From Mantamonas sphyraenae STR306 (taxonomy: Eukaryota; Protista; CRuMs): a stretch of DNA of 64,000 nucleotides. Made by a program: the position numbers and the translations under genes. Each line of letters starts with the position of its first letter. Positions within the stretch are counted from its first letter, which is position 1. The stretch is from the NCBI GenBank assembly GCA_026936335.1, contig JAPMXV010000062.1, positions 1-64,000 on the forward strand, read 5' to 3'. The notes below the pieces were generated by a model. That model was not told the DNA's origin, did no database searches, and saw nothing but the letters and a program-made list of their open reading frames with translations. This document shows positions 46,561 to 59,401 of the stretch, piece after piece.

Positions 46561-49500
46561 ATGGCAGAGGAGGAAGAGACCCTCAGTGGGGACAAGTTCA
46601 CGTTCATGCTTGCCAACTACGTGCGCAAGCACGAGAGCGAGCTGTTGGAGGGCAGCATGCTGTTCTCGCTGAATCCAAGCTGCCTGAACTACCTCAATCA
46701 CCGCGTGTTTTACGACCGCACGCGCATCCCGCACCCGAGCGGTGTCAACCCGGATGTCAGCGACGAAGAGGCAGAAGCACTCAACATCATCTTTGACGTC
46801 ATTCCCTCGCTGCCGTATCTCCGTGTACGTCGCCCTGTGTGCGAAAAAGGCTGAGCGGTGTGATCAACACCGCCTGACACTCGCTCGCACGCACACCATA
46901 CCTTCACACAGATCGAACCGTCCTTTCCTGGCAAGAGTGACTCGGTACATATCGACCTGTGCCACTTTCGAGGCTTGAAAACTCTCGAGGTAGGTGCAGC
47001 AAGAGCGAAACACGCAAGGCGTGAGGGGAAAGCACTCACCCTGCAGGAAACCTCCCGCCGCCACTGCACAGATCCAACGCTGCCCTGTGGAGCTGCTGTC
47101 GCCCAACATCAAACAGCTACGTGGACAATTACAGAAACTGATGCTCGTCAGCACCGAGGTCCACCAGCTGCGCCAGGTGCTGCTTGTGGACGACGAGAAG
47201 GAACCGAGCAGCATCGACGAGGTCACTGAACGCGGCATCACCTGGTCCAAACTGACCCACTTTATCTGTGCGGACAACCCGGACTTGGAGGGCCTCGACA
47301 CCTCTCTGTTCACCCTCACCAACGCCCAGTACATCGACCTGAGCCGCAACAAGCTCACCGTCCTGGAAAACCTGCACTGTTGCTACTCTCTGCGAGAGTT
47401 GGATCTCAGCAACAACCAACTCCGCACCGTGTTGGGCATCAACAAGGTGCTGGGCAACGTCTCTGCCCTCTCCCTGCGCAACAACGAGCTCGACTCCACT
47501 GCGGGACTTGACAAACTTTTTGGCCTCGTCACTCTCGACATGAGCTACAACATCATGAGCAGTCTCGAGGAGGTGCGTCGTTTGCAAGAGTTGCCGCAAC
47601 TCGCCGAACTGTGGTTCGAGGGCAACCCGTCCGCACGCGACAGCAACGTGCGTGAGCTCATTGTGCGCGGCATCTTCCGACGCGACATTTGGCTCGACGG
47701 CCGATTTGGCATTGATCAGGACACATTCCGACCGCGCACACGCTTCTCCGAAGTAGAATCCATGCCTCTGGCTGACTTTTCTTTCCTGGATGCTCCGCCC
47801 AAGACCAAGAATCTGCGGAACAACGACTTGCACATCGGGTCGCCCTCCAGCAGCAACGTGTCTGCATCTGCATTCAACTTTGAGACCGAAGAGGGCGAGG
47901 GCGATCTTTTGGTCCTCAGCAGTAGCAAGAAGGGACGCAAGGGCAAGAAGAGCAAGAAGCGCAAGAAGAAAAAGTCGTTTGTGCACATCGAGAGCGCAAG
48001 CGGCGACGCAATGGATCCGCTGGCTCAGTTGAATGCCACTTTGGATCAGGTTGAGGAGGCGCGGGAGGCAGCTAGCAAGGTGACGGAGGAATCGGAGCAG
48101 TTCCGAACAAAGATGGAGAACATGCGCGAGGAGGCTGGCAACGCATGGATGGTCGTCCTCAACGAGATGAACGATACCAGCAGCCCGCGCTTCGAGAGTG
48201 CAAAGGCAAAGGAGGCGGCGTCGGTCAAGGTGACATCGACTGCGGCGGCTTCGGCGGCAGCTGCAGCGGTGGCGGATGAAACGGCACGGCGGAAGCGGGA
48301 GGACGACCAGCGCCTGGCGGCCGCCGCCACAAAGAGGAAACAGGAGGCCGAGGAGTCGGCGAGGCAACGGAGTGTACAGGAGAAGAAGGAGGCGCAAGCC
48401 AGGCAGCAGAAGCGAGCAGAGAACGCAAAGGAGCTGGCTTTTATCGACGAGATTGAAGACGACGGAGACGACCTGGCGCACCTGGGCCTCTCGTTGACCG
48501 AGATTCTTCAGGAGGAGTCGCATGACCTGGACAAGATGATGGAAGAAACCGTGGAGGAGAAGAGCACGTCTCCATCGACGAAGGACGAGGGTGCGACCAC
48601 AAGCAGTGGCAGCAGCAACAGCGACGCATCATCGCCTGTACCGCCACAGACAACATCGTCCGAATCGCCCGTGGCCGTGGCCGTGCCTGTGGCAGAGCCG
48701 ACATTCAAGGAGGACGAAGCGGCGATGCTGGACGAGTTTGACGCCTTCTTCCTGGAAACCGACGAGAACGGGAAGCACGTGACGTACATTGTGTTTGTGA
48801 CGCCAGACAATCTGATTGAGCACGATTTGGAGGGCAAGTTTGTGCGACAGTACGCACTGAGCAACCTGAAGAGTGTGGAGATCTTGCCCGAACTTGTCAT
48901 TCGCCTGCACTTTAACGCGGACAGTGCCCTGGGCGTACCTCTTGACTTTACGACGGAAGACGAGGTGGAGATGGACGAGATTGCAGGCCTGTTGAACAGT
49001 GCCATTGCCAAGAACGCAGTTGTGGATGTGCCCATTGATCACAGCGTCGGCGACGACGACGATGACGATGAGCCTCGGACGCAGGAGCAGCAGGTCGTGG
49101 CAACCACCACGCCACCTGCGCAAGAGCCACGGAAAGCAAATGAGGAAGCAGAGGAGAAGGAGGAGGCGGGCGCAGAGGAAAACAAGGAGGAGGAGGAGGA
49201 GGAGGGACTGGTGGAAACGGTACTTGCAGAGCTGGGCCTGGAAGGGGTGATGGACATGATGCCAGGCGGAGAGGAGAAGGAAGACAACGATGTCGCCAAG
49301 GAACAGGAACAGGAGAGCGCGAACGACACAGAGGACAGCAGCCAAGGTGCGCTGGAGGTCCTGGAGGCGGAAGCAGAGGCAATTGCAGCAGAGGTGCAGC
49401 CAAGCGAGCCTGCTGAAGAACCGCAAAGTGACCAACAGGACGAATTGCAAACGTTGTTTGCGCAACAGGTTGCACGCAAAGACGAGGAGTGCCTGCTGTG

Positions 49501-50359
49501 CTGGGAATGCCACGCGGTGTGTGTAGGATCGTTCACGGAGAGGCCTACCATTGTGTATGTGAGCAACGAGATGTTGCATGTGGTCGAGCGCAAGAGCAAT
49601 GGCAAGGGGGTAAAGAAGCTGAGCAGTGTGAAGCTGGCCAACGTGAGCGGGATGTTGATTGGATACAAGAAGCAGTACATGCGCTTCGAGGTGGCGAGTG
49701 GCAATCCTGTGGTGTGTCTACCGCGTGACATGGAGACCAGCAAGCAGGTGATCACAAAGTACGCCGAGACAAGCGGGTTGCATGTGCTGCCGGGTATGAT
49801 GAGTCTGGACAGGTTGTTTGTGCCGCATGTCGATGCAATTATGGCCGAAGAGGTTTCCAATCGCGTGCGCTGCGTGAGCATGTTGTTTGAGAGTGAAGGC
49901 GGAAGCAACGCCGGCAGCAGCAGCAGTGGTAGCAGTGGTAGCAGCAGTGGTGGAGGCGCAAGCGTGCTGTCCAGTCTGTTTGGAGGAGGACGCAACGCGC
50001 TGCAGGGCCTGTTCCCTCGCACTCTGATGGTGTCGGACGACAACCTGTACCTGTGCATTCAGGATTACGCAGGGTGGCCTGCAAGCGGGTACCCAGGCAC
50101 AGCCGACGAGGAGAAGCTAGCCGGCGAGTCCCCCTTTGCCGATGTGCAGACCATGAGCATTATGGACCTTGCCGCTCTGCGTGTGTATGACTCGGACGCT
50201 TTGCGCATGGGAATCCTGGACGACGAGCTCACCGAGTGGAACCTGGTCTTTGCCAGCGCCGCCGAGCTCGAGCGCGTCCTCCACGTCGTTGCCGACTTGT
50301 GGCGCGAGCTGTTCCAGCAAGACCCGGTCAATTTGATTGAACACATGGAAAGGCAATGA
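46561..50359 (+). CDS. STK11IP/nischarin-like leucine-rich-repeat protein; introns 46825-46911 and 46990-47071
   Basis: N-terminal GDKF...LNPSCLNY, LRRs (IDLSRNKL, LDLSNNQL, LSLRNNEL), LRR cap FEGNP and C-terminal PH-like segments. Confidence 0.78.
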
Positions 50360-50418
50360 ATGAGTGAATGAGAGAAGCAACAGTGACGAATGCAAGCCGT
50401 TCAAGTCCAATTTCTGGC

Positions 50419-52023
50419 TCACCTGTGCGCGAGGACCTTTGCTTGCCCTCCCATCCCGTCGCTGCCCCTGTGCACCATCCCATCGTGGCTCTGGGACACA
50501 TATGTCCTGTCTTGTTTACCCTGGATGCGCTGTTGCCTGCGCGTGGACTTGCTGAGTCCCACGGGGTGGAAGCCCAGCGAGGCCCCGTCCTGCTCACTCG
50601 GCGACGCACTGCGCGAGCGCTTGCTGACGTGCACGGCCGAAGTCGTGTCAAAGTCCCATCCGTCCTCGTCGCCGTCGCTGAACAGGAAGCTGTCCCACAT
50701 GTTCATGTCCAAGGAGCGTACGGGCAGGTCTGCGGCCTCACTCCTTTCCTGCAGCACTGCACTCTTGCGCTTTCGCTCTGTCGGTGGCGTGGGCCCCACG
50801 TCGGGTTCCACAGGCTTGCTGCCTGCATCAAACGCCCGTTCGATGTTCTGGCGTGCCTTGAAGGAGCTGTTTGGCCGGTATGCGTCGGCCCAGGAGTTGG
50901 AGGGCGTGCGCTGCGACTTGTCCAGCACGCCAGCAATGCGACTGGCAGTCTTTGCCTTTTCCAGCTCCCGGTAGGCTTCTTTGAGCTGGTTGTTGGCCAC
51001 GTTGTACTTGCGTTGCAGGTCGTCGTGGCCTCGCTTGTAAAAGTCCACCTTGTTGGTCAAGTGTTCAATCACCTTGTCTGCGCTGGCGCCCGTCTTGCGC
51101 AGCGCAGACACTGTCTTGGATGTGTCACTGTGCATGTCCTCCATGATGGACCGTTCCTGCTTCTGCAGCTGTGCGCTCACCAGCTTTGCCTTGCTGCGCT
51201 CCAGCTGTGTCTTTAGGCTTGTGATGGCATCTGTACGCAGCTTCAGCTTCTTCTTGGCCTCGGATAGCGCCGTGGTTGTGTTTTGCAGGCGCACGTCCAG
51301 ATCCAGGCAGGTTTTGTTCGTTTCCTGCAGCAGCCGGGTTTGCGAATCCAGGTTGTTCTTCAGCCGCCTCTCTGTGCGCTTCAGTTCGTTGTTCACCTCC
51401 CTCAACGTTTGCTTGTCCTGTTCTAGTGTCTGTACAGTTGACCTCAGCTCCTGTGTGTGTGCGTGTCAGTGTGCTGTGTCAGCCGCGAGCTCTCGAGAGC
51501 GCCGGATTTCACCCGCTGGCGCCAAAACGGCGCCGTTTGCTCTCGGGACACTGCCGCCTACAACGGCCACCAACGCACCTGGATGAGTTGTGAGTCGGCT
51601 CCGTCGGCACTGGAGCTGCCGCTGCCGCTGCCGCCGCTGCTGCTGCTGCTGGAGGTGTTTGTGGAGGAAGCATTGACGTCGAGAGAGATCTCGTGGCCGC
51701 TGTGGAGAAGGAGCTCGATGTTTGGCGGCGTGTAGTAGATCTGGAAGTGGCCCTTCTTGCCGATCTTGGTGCGACATTGCGGACATTTGCCCTTGGCTTG
51801 GGTGGACGCCAACCAAGAGGCAAGGCTGTGGGAGGGTTTGGTGGGCAGGTGTGAGCAGGTGTGAGCAGAAGAAGGGGTGGGCGGCTGTTGACGGGTTGGC
51901 GGCAGCAGGTGTCCACGCCAATACGTACCAATTGCCGTGAAACACGTGACCACACTTGGTCACGTGTATGTTTTCAGTCATGAGATCCAGACACATGGAG
52001 CATGTGCCATCATTGTGGTCCAT
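50419..52023 (-). CDS. RING-finger plus coiled-coil E3 ligase (TRAIP-like); introns 51826-51928 and 51451-51578
   Basis: CSMCLD...CGHVFHGNCLASW...CPQCR after splicing, followed by a long coiled coil. Confidence 0.82.
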
Positions 52024-52081
52024 GATCGCGAGTTGGCCGGGCCTGCGCTCGAGCCAACACGTGAAGAGTCTGTTGTTGGCC

Positions 52082-53146
52082 ATGGAGGGAGTTGAGGAGT
52101 TTGCACGTGCGGTGACGCGTGCAGTGATTGCACAGGTGGCCCATGAGGCGGAAGTGAACCAGATCGAGTCGTCTGCGATGGACGTGCTGGTGGACGCGGT
52201 GCAAAAGTACGTGACGACGCTGGGCGCACAAGCAAGCACCGCTGCACAACACGCCAGGCGTCGAGAGTGCAACCTGGGCGACGTCCACTACGCCCTTCGC
52301 AACGAGATGTTTGTCAGCATGCAAGAGGTCAAGGCGTTTATGCGCGAAACGGACCCGTTGACCTTTGGCCACTGTAAGTTGATGGGTCTCTCTCGGCGTG
52401 CCCCTTCCCCTCTCGCGCTTTTCCGGCTGCCCGACCTGCCCCGTTGCTGACAACCCGCCTCGCATATCCGCACACCCACAGCCGTCGAAGAGTTTCCGCG
52501 CAAGCGCAAGCAGCCGCTGTACATCAAGGCAAGACGTGATGCAAGCAGCAATTTGGAGGCGAGCAGCAAGAACCGGCGCATTGCGCGTCGGCTGGACGCC
52601 AACGCGGCGGAGGAGGCCAAACGAGGACACATTCCCGCATGGCTGCCCTCGTTGCCCTCGTCCCACGCCTATCGCAACACAGCCGCCACAGCACACACCG
52701 CAGCGCAGCACAAACACGTCCTGCGCACCCTCGGCACACACACTCAAAAGGCCGAAAAGAACCTGTACAAACTCAACAGCGTGGTGTCCAACAACAGCAT
52801 CACCAAACTGAGCGGAGGAATGCGCTCGACCTCCTCCTCCTCATCGTCCTCATCATCATCGTCGTCCTCGTCGTCCTCGTCGTCCTCGTCGGCAGGCAAC
52901 ACAACCACCAATCCGTACCTCCAGGGAGGCGTCAAGGTGGGCCACGACGTAACCCACTCGTCGAAAGACCCTTTCCCCACATTCAACCCCAATGGCAAAC
53001 GCCTGCCTGGAGTCACGGAGGAGCTGATGCAGGGGATGAGTTTGGAGAACGAAGACGCAGCCGTCGACTCGCGCAAGCGACGCAAGATCGACACCATTGT
53101 CGAGTTGACACACAAGAAGGGTCTCGAGTTTGTGTCCATTGACTGA
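52082..53146 (+). CDS. TAF8: TFIID subunit TAF8; intron 52374-52481
   Basis: Bromodomain-associated histone fold (HARRRECNLGDV) and HIPAWLPSLPSSHAY motif. Confidence 0.87.
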
Positions 53147-53247
53147 GCGAGACGAAAAAGGCGGAGAGAACACGAAACAACAAATTGGAATCATCGCTCG
53201 TTCATGTGGACGGCAGCAAAAACAACTCACTCGCCGCCCATTCACTG

Positions 53248-56200
53248 TCAGCTGTTGATCAGGCGCTTGCGCAGATGCTGGTTGATGCGCTTGTTGCGCT
53301 TGCGGTCAACATCAAAGGCTGGGTCGTCGATTTCACTGGGTACGGCGCCAAAGGGCCCCACCATGGCAGGTTCTTTGATGTTGGCCGTGTCGTCGCCGTC
53401 CTCGTGGGTCATGTACACCTGGCGCATGCCGAGGGAACCCATACCCACGGCGACGGCCAGCAGGGTGAGGCTGAGGATTTCAAAGATGAGCATCCAGCCC
53501 TCCACCTCGGGCACACACTGCTTGACCCAGTGGTAGTGCAGGGTCTGGCAGCCCTGCAGACCGATGGCCACTGTAACTACGGCCCTGTCTGGAGACGTGC
53601 TGTTGCACTCGTAGTTGATGACGAGCTGGCGAGCCAGTGTGGTGTTGACCACACCCCCCAGAGCAAGATCGCCGCTCGCCCACACCTGTACATACGGATG
53701 GGCACTCACATTGACATACTTGACCACCTGTGTGGTGCCCGAGAAGCCTTGCAGGCCCTGCGGGTCCACGTACATGGAAAATGCATCCTGCTTGTCGGTC
53801 CACTCGCTGACAAACACGTGTGCACTTCCGTGGGATTTGCCACGCATCCGTGCCTCGGCCTCCTCTCGCTTCCACTGCGCGGTTGTCATGCCATCACGGA
53901 TCACGCCTGTCTTTGGTGCCCCCTCTGCCAGCGCATTCACGCTGAGCCCCTGTCGGAAGCCTGGACATTGTTTGTACCAGCTGATGTTCAGATTCTGGAA
54001 CGGAGGCTCCTGCACGAGCAGCAGCAGCTCTGTGATGCCGCACCATTGGCCGCAGGTGTACGAGGTACTCACCGTACCATTGCCTGTGGCTTCTGTGATG
54101 AGCCCGCCTGTGCCGAGGGTGCCGTTGACACTTGCGTCGAGGAAGGTGGGCTGAGCCACGGTAAGCTGCGGCGCCTGCATGGCCTGCGGTTGAGACTGGC
54201 GCACGTACAGATAAAAGGTGGTTTGGTCCACACTGGTAGGGAGGACGTTCTGCAAGTTGTCGATGTCTGTAGGGTTCCATCGCGGGGCCACCACGCCGTT
54301 GGCAACCACGTCGTGGAACATGCTGCCGCCACCGTCGGGGATGGTCGACACGTACAGCGACGATCGCACACCGCCAGATTTCTTGATCCAACCGACACGC
54401 ACGGCGTCAAAGGGTGGGATGAGAAGGGCAAACTCAAACACCACACGTCCGGGCTTGGAGCAAGCCATGTCAATGTACAGCGTACGAGCGGTTGCGCTGA
54501 GGTTGCCACTCTGTGCAAGATCGCCCGAGAGCACGGGTTGACAAATGCCCGTGGGCGTCAGCGTCAGCGAGGGGGCCTCGTACGGTTGTTCGTGTGCCAC
54601 GTTGTCCATGTTGAAGGACAGCTGCAGACCAAACACCTCGCCCTCCAGCTCCATGACTGGATCTTTGGCCGACCAAGCGGGCGTGACAATGCCATCGATG
54701 ACCACGTCGTTGCGGTAGGGCGCGGAGCCGCCGTAAAGACGAGGACGCCAAGGCCCGCAGATTTTGATCCATGTAAAGACAATCGCTGTGTACGGGGACA
54801 CGTCCATGGTGACGGTGATCTGAGAACGACCGGGCCGAGAACAGGTGAATTGGGTGACCATGGTCTGTGCAGGCTGACCTTGCCTGAGAGTGCCGGCGCC
54901 TGTGATGTTGCCTCCTTGCAAGCGCACCTGGACGACGGTGGGATCAGCCACGTCAATGACCGGTGCCCCAAAGGCCTGATCACCGTTGTTGCCACGCATG
55001 TACAGGTGGAAGGTGTACTGCAACTGGTCGTTCTGCATCTCCAGGTCGCCGTCAAGATTGGATTCCACACCGGTGTGGCCTCGCCGTTGCTGACAATGTC
55101 GTGCAGGCCTGCCGACGTGCCAATGTCAAAGCCTGGTCGGAACACGTGTGTGGCACACTCCTTGACAAAGGCAAAGCTGACGCTGTCAAACGGAGGCAGC
55201 GGAATGGTCACTGTGACAAGCGATTTGCCGTTGCTGGCACAGGTGAACGCCAGCGTCAACGGCAACGCCTGTGCGGTGCCGTTGAGGCGCAGGGCATGCG
55301 ACGCCTCGCCACTGGTGGCCACCGTCAGCATGGTGGGCTGTTGGACAACCACTGTGGGAGTGCCCATCTCCTGGGTGGGAGCTCGTCCTGCGGTGTCCAG
55401 CGACACGTACATGGTGGTGGACAACACCAAATCGTCCATTTCTGTGTGCACAGGCGAGTTGACGGACCACACGGGCTCAGCGACGCCGTTGGAGACCACG
55501 TCACGGCGACCAGGCGCGGTGGACACGAACAAGCCTCGGCAGTTGCTTGCACACAGTTTGGTGAATCCAAACAAGGGTGGGGCAAAGCCCAGAGACGAGG
55601 GCAGCAGAGGCGTGGCCACATGCACAGCCACAGAGCCCGGTGCAAGGCAGGTGAAGTTGAGACGCAGCGGACGCGGGTTGTCGGCACCCACGGTGCCATT
55701 GACAGCCATGGAGCCCGATGCCACCAAGTGGAGGATGTCTGTGTTGGCTACAGTGATGTTTGGTGTGGCGTACGCCTGTTTGCCAGCGTCGGCGCTGGCC
55801 ATCTGCCAGTAAAAGTCGACCGAAGTAGTGTCTGCGCTGATGTCTGTGTCGGGCGGGATGGCTGTGTTCCATGCGGGCTCGGTGATGCCATTGTTGATCA
55901 CATCGAAGCGACCCGGGGCTGTGGACACAGTCCATCCGTGTCGTGTGGAGGCACACACAACTCGGAAGCCAAAGGTGGGGGCCACAAAGCCACGCGGTTG
56001 GAGCGTGATGGAAACCGCTGGCTTGACCGAGGCCTGCAGACAGTGGAGGCCAAGGTGCAATTGCAACGGACTGCCCTCTTGCAAGTTGCCACCGTGAAGC
56101 AGCGCTGCAGAGGTGTTTGCTGTGCTCACTGTGAGCTGGGAGGGCGCAGAGACGGCAATGGTTGTTTGCAAAAGGCTCTGTTGCGGCTGTTCGCTGCCTG

Positions 56201-57019
56201 CGAGCAGCTGCACGACAAAGTGGCTGCTGCTGCTTTCCAGCTCCATGTTGGACGCAGGCAACCAGGCAATTGTGGTCTCCCCGTTGCTGACCACATCAGC
56301 CAGGTTGGTCTGGTCGACACGGTCAGCTTGGGTCGAGCAGCTGCGAAAGTGTGTGAGCGCGTGAGTGGGCAGAGGGTCAGGTTTTTTGGCACAAACGGGA
56401 CACGCGCAAGCGTGTTGCATCATGGGACCTGTGGACGGCATTGGATGGGGGGAGTGTGGGAGGGCTGAAAGCACATACAGTCGCAGATCTTGATCCAGGT
56501 GAAATAGACGGTGTCGTAGCCCGGGAGGACAAGGGCGACGGTGGTCTGCGTGGATCCCTGCACACTGTTGCAGGTGTACTGAATACGCAGAGGGACTTCT
56601 GTGGTGCCCACGTCCAGGGCAGTGGCATTAAATACAGAGGCAGTGGCCATGTTTGGGTGGGCCACAGACACAGTGGGCACAAGGACGTGCTGGGTGCCCT
56701 CTTTCATCCGCAGGTAAAACGTGGTGCTCATGCTTTCGCCATGCACCTCGTACCGCGTGTTAAACGTCACATTCGGGTTCCACAGTGGCTCTGCAATGCC
56801 ATCGTTGACGACGTCTGCAGTTCCGCCGGCCTGCAAGGCGACCTGGAAGTTTAGCTGGAACAAGCCTGCGCAGTGAACGGCCACGGGACATGCATGTGAG
56901 CAGAGAACAACCAGCACGGTGGATGAGGATGCGCATGGAGGATAGGAAGCAGGGAAGGCGTGCCTACCTAGGACGCACGGACTCAGCAGCAGGAGCAGAA
57001 GCAGGGGCAGAAGTCGCAT
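53248..57019 (-). CDS. Type I membrane/surface protein with eight ~130-aa repeats; introns 56866-56967 and 56341-56478; frameshifts near 56308 and 55060
   Basis: Signal peptide MRLLPLLLLLLLS, repeats DVVxNGxxxPxW...C...F.W.K.C, a single C-terminal TM and a short tail. Confidence 0.8.
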
Positions 57020-57184
57020 GGTGGCTGCACCAGCGCACCGCCGCAGGGTCGACAGTATGAGGTTGAATGCCATCCCAGAGTCATCAGTGGGTGTGAAAGA
57101 GGGTGGAGAGATGGACAAGAGGAGCACAGAAGGATGGATGGGTGTGCGTGCCGAGCACGGTGCCAAACAAAGCCTGGCTCCACC

Positions 57185-59359
57185 ATGTCGTCACGACCCT
57201 CGCCAATGTCGCCCGGTGGGAGAGGACGGGGACGGGGGCGAGCAGCTGGGCGAGGTCAGCGGACGAACAGCGGCTTCTCTCCAAAGGTGGTGAAGAAGAT
57301 GCGCGACGAGACGCTTGCAGCAGGATCCAGCAGCACGGGCAAGCCAGCCCTGAACAACGAGGCCAAGGAGGATGCAGAAACGGACGACACCGAGAATGAC
57401 AAGACCGTTCCGGGTGCGGTGGAGACTTCCAACGCGGTGGGGGACGAGAGAAACGACGAGACGAAGAAAGCGCGCGAGGAGGAGAAAGTCAACGCAAGCA
57501 GCCAGGACGAGGTGGCGCAGCTGAAACAGAAAATGGAAGCACAAGAGGCTAGTTTGAACAAACAGATAGAGGAAGCACACAGGGAAACAGAAGCAGCCAA
57601 GCTGGAAGCGACGCAGGCGAGGGAAAAGGCCGATGCGGATTTGAAACGAGCGCACGAGGCAAACGAGGAGATGGAGAGGAAACACAAAGAGGTGCAGGAG
57701 GCCATTGAGGTCGCTCGCAAGGACAAGGAGCAGTCGGATAGGCAGGCACAAGAGGCAGCGCAGCAGGCGGCGAGTCTAGAGTCGGAGCTGCGGGCAACAA
57801 AGACACGCATGGAGAAAGTGTTGAAGGAACGGACGGAACTGGAACAACAGGCAGAGTCACTCACGAGGGAGGTGCGTGAGGAGCACACAAGGAGCGAACA
57901 GTTGGCAGGAGAGGTGCAGGCACTGAAAACGGCGCTGGCAAAGGAGAAGGAGCAGGCACAGAGCATGGTGGAAGGTAAGGAGAAGGCGCTGCAAGAACTA
58001 AAGGAGGAGCATGAAGCCATCAAGAGCAAGCTGAGGAAGGGAGAGGAGGAGCTGAGCAAGGGGCGAACACGATCGAGCACTCTGGACAACACACTTCGCA
58101 CACAGGGGGCTCGCCTTGCAGAGCTGGAAGCTCAACACAAGGCGTTGACAGAGGAGGTGGAGCAAACGAGGAAGAAGGCAGCGAGTGCAGAGCGTCAGCT
58201 GGCGTCGAGTGCGGAGAAACGCAAAACGCTGGAGGCAGAGCTGACGGAAGCGCGCACGGCGCAGAGCAAGGCGGCAGAGGAACAAGCGGTCTTGCAACGA
58301 CAGGTCAAGGACTTGAAGGAGCAGAAGCACGACGTGGCGGAGAGATTGGAGAGGGCGCAGAAGGAACGGGACGAGGCAGTCGCCGCAAAGCGACAGGTCG
58401 AGTTGGCGAGCAAACAGGCGGATTCACAGGTGGAACAAGTGCGCGCAGAGATGAAAGGAAAGGTGGAACAGGTGAGGGCAGAGATGAAGGGACAGGTGGA
58501 ACAGGTGAAGGCAGAGATGGCGGCACAGGTGGCGCAGGAGAAGCAGGCGCGGGAAAAGGCAGAGGCGGAACTGCGACAGCAGGAAAGCGGGGCCGAGGAG
58601 CTCAACTTGCGCATGCAGGAGATGGAAAGGCAGCAGAATGCGGCAACGAGGCAGGTGGAAGCCGAGTTGCAGCAGGCCAAAGACGACATGGCACAGGCCA
58701 GGGCAGAAGAGGCGGACGCCGTGAGGCGGTACACGGAGCTGGAAAAGAAAGTGAAAGAGGCTCAAACAACGTCACAGGAGGCGACGCAAGAGACTGAGCA
58801 GCTCAAGGCCAAACTGAGGGCCAGCGAGAGTCAGTTGAAGAGCGTCCAGCGGGAAAAGGCAAACGCAGAGAAACAAGTGGCGAAACTGGAGGCACAGGCA
58901 AAGGGCAGCGACGCAGAGAAGCAGCGGAGCATCGAAAAGATCAAGCGAGCCTCTGAGCAGGAGGTGAGGAGCTTGGAAAAGACACTGGCCAAGCAGGAAA
59001 CGCGGGAGTCGCAGCGTGAAGCGCAACTCAAGGACTTGCAGCAATCGCTGCAGGAGGCAACATCGGCCCTAAGCAAGGCTCGCGACGATGTGAGTGAGCA
59101 CGAGAATCAGACCCGGGGCTTGCGTGAGCGCGTGCGTGAGTTGGAGCACACACGGAGGGCACTGCAACGCGATCTGATCGATCTGGAGGCCAAGAACAAA
59201 GGCATGGAAACGGCGTTGAGCAACTGGGGAGCAGAATCCGCAACGACATCGGGGTCGTGGCATGGCACGCTCGTGCTGGTTCTGCTGACAGTGTTGTGCA
59301 CCATGCTTCTGAGCAGCATGGTCCAACGAGGTTTCCATCCCATGCGACGACCGGCATGA
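57185..59359 (+). CDS. Long coiled-coil tail-anchored membrane protein (golgin- or KASH-like architecture)
   Basis: About 600 aa of heptads, TM TLVLVLLTVLCTMLLSSMV, and a short tail QRGFHPMRRPA*. Confidence 0.75.
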   Translation: MSSRPSPMSPGGRGRGRGRAAGRGQRTNSGFSPKVVKKMRDETLAAGSSSTGKPALNNEAKEDAETDDTENDKTVPGAVETSNAVGDERNDETKKAREEEKVNASSQDEVAQLKQKMEAQEASLNKQIEEAHRETEAAKLEATQAREKADADLKRAHEANEEMERKHKEVQEAIEVARKDKEQSDRQAQEAAQQAASLESELRATKTRMEKVLKERTELEQQAESLTREVREEHTRSEQLAGEVQALKTALAKEKEQAQSMVEGKEKALQELKEEHEAIKSKLRKGEEELSKGRTRSSTLDNTLRTQGARLAELEAQHKALTEEVEQTRKKAASAERQLASSAEKRKTLEAELTEARTAQSKAAEEQAVLQRQVKDLKEQKHDVAERLERAQKERDEAVAAKRQVELASKQADSQVEQVRAEMKGKVEQVRAEMKGQVEQVKAEMAAQVAQEKQAREKAEAELRQQESGAEELNLRMQEMERQQNAATRQVEAELQQAKDDMAQARAEEADAVRRYTELEKKVKEAQTTSQEATQETEQLKAKLRASESQLKSVQREKANAEKQVAKLEAQAKGSDAEKQRSIEKIKRASEQEVRSLEKTLAKQETRESQREAQLKDLQQSLQEATSALSKARDDVSEHENQTRGLRERVRELEHTRRALQRDLIDLEAKNKGMETALSNWGAESATTSGSWHGTLVLVLLTVLCTMLLSSMVQRGFHPMRRPA

Positions 59360-59401
59360 ATTGAACACACCCACTTTCTCCATTGCTTTGCGTTCCACAC
59401 G

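Noticed and set aside
53185-55812. 875-aa plus-strand ORF and many other long overlapping ORFs (e.g. 5434-7149, 1314-2798)
   Set aside because: Antisense or shifted shadows of real genes, expected in GC-rich codon-biased DNA; no recognisable motifs.
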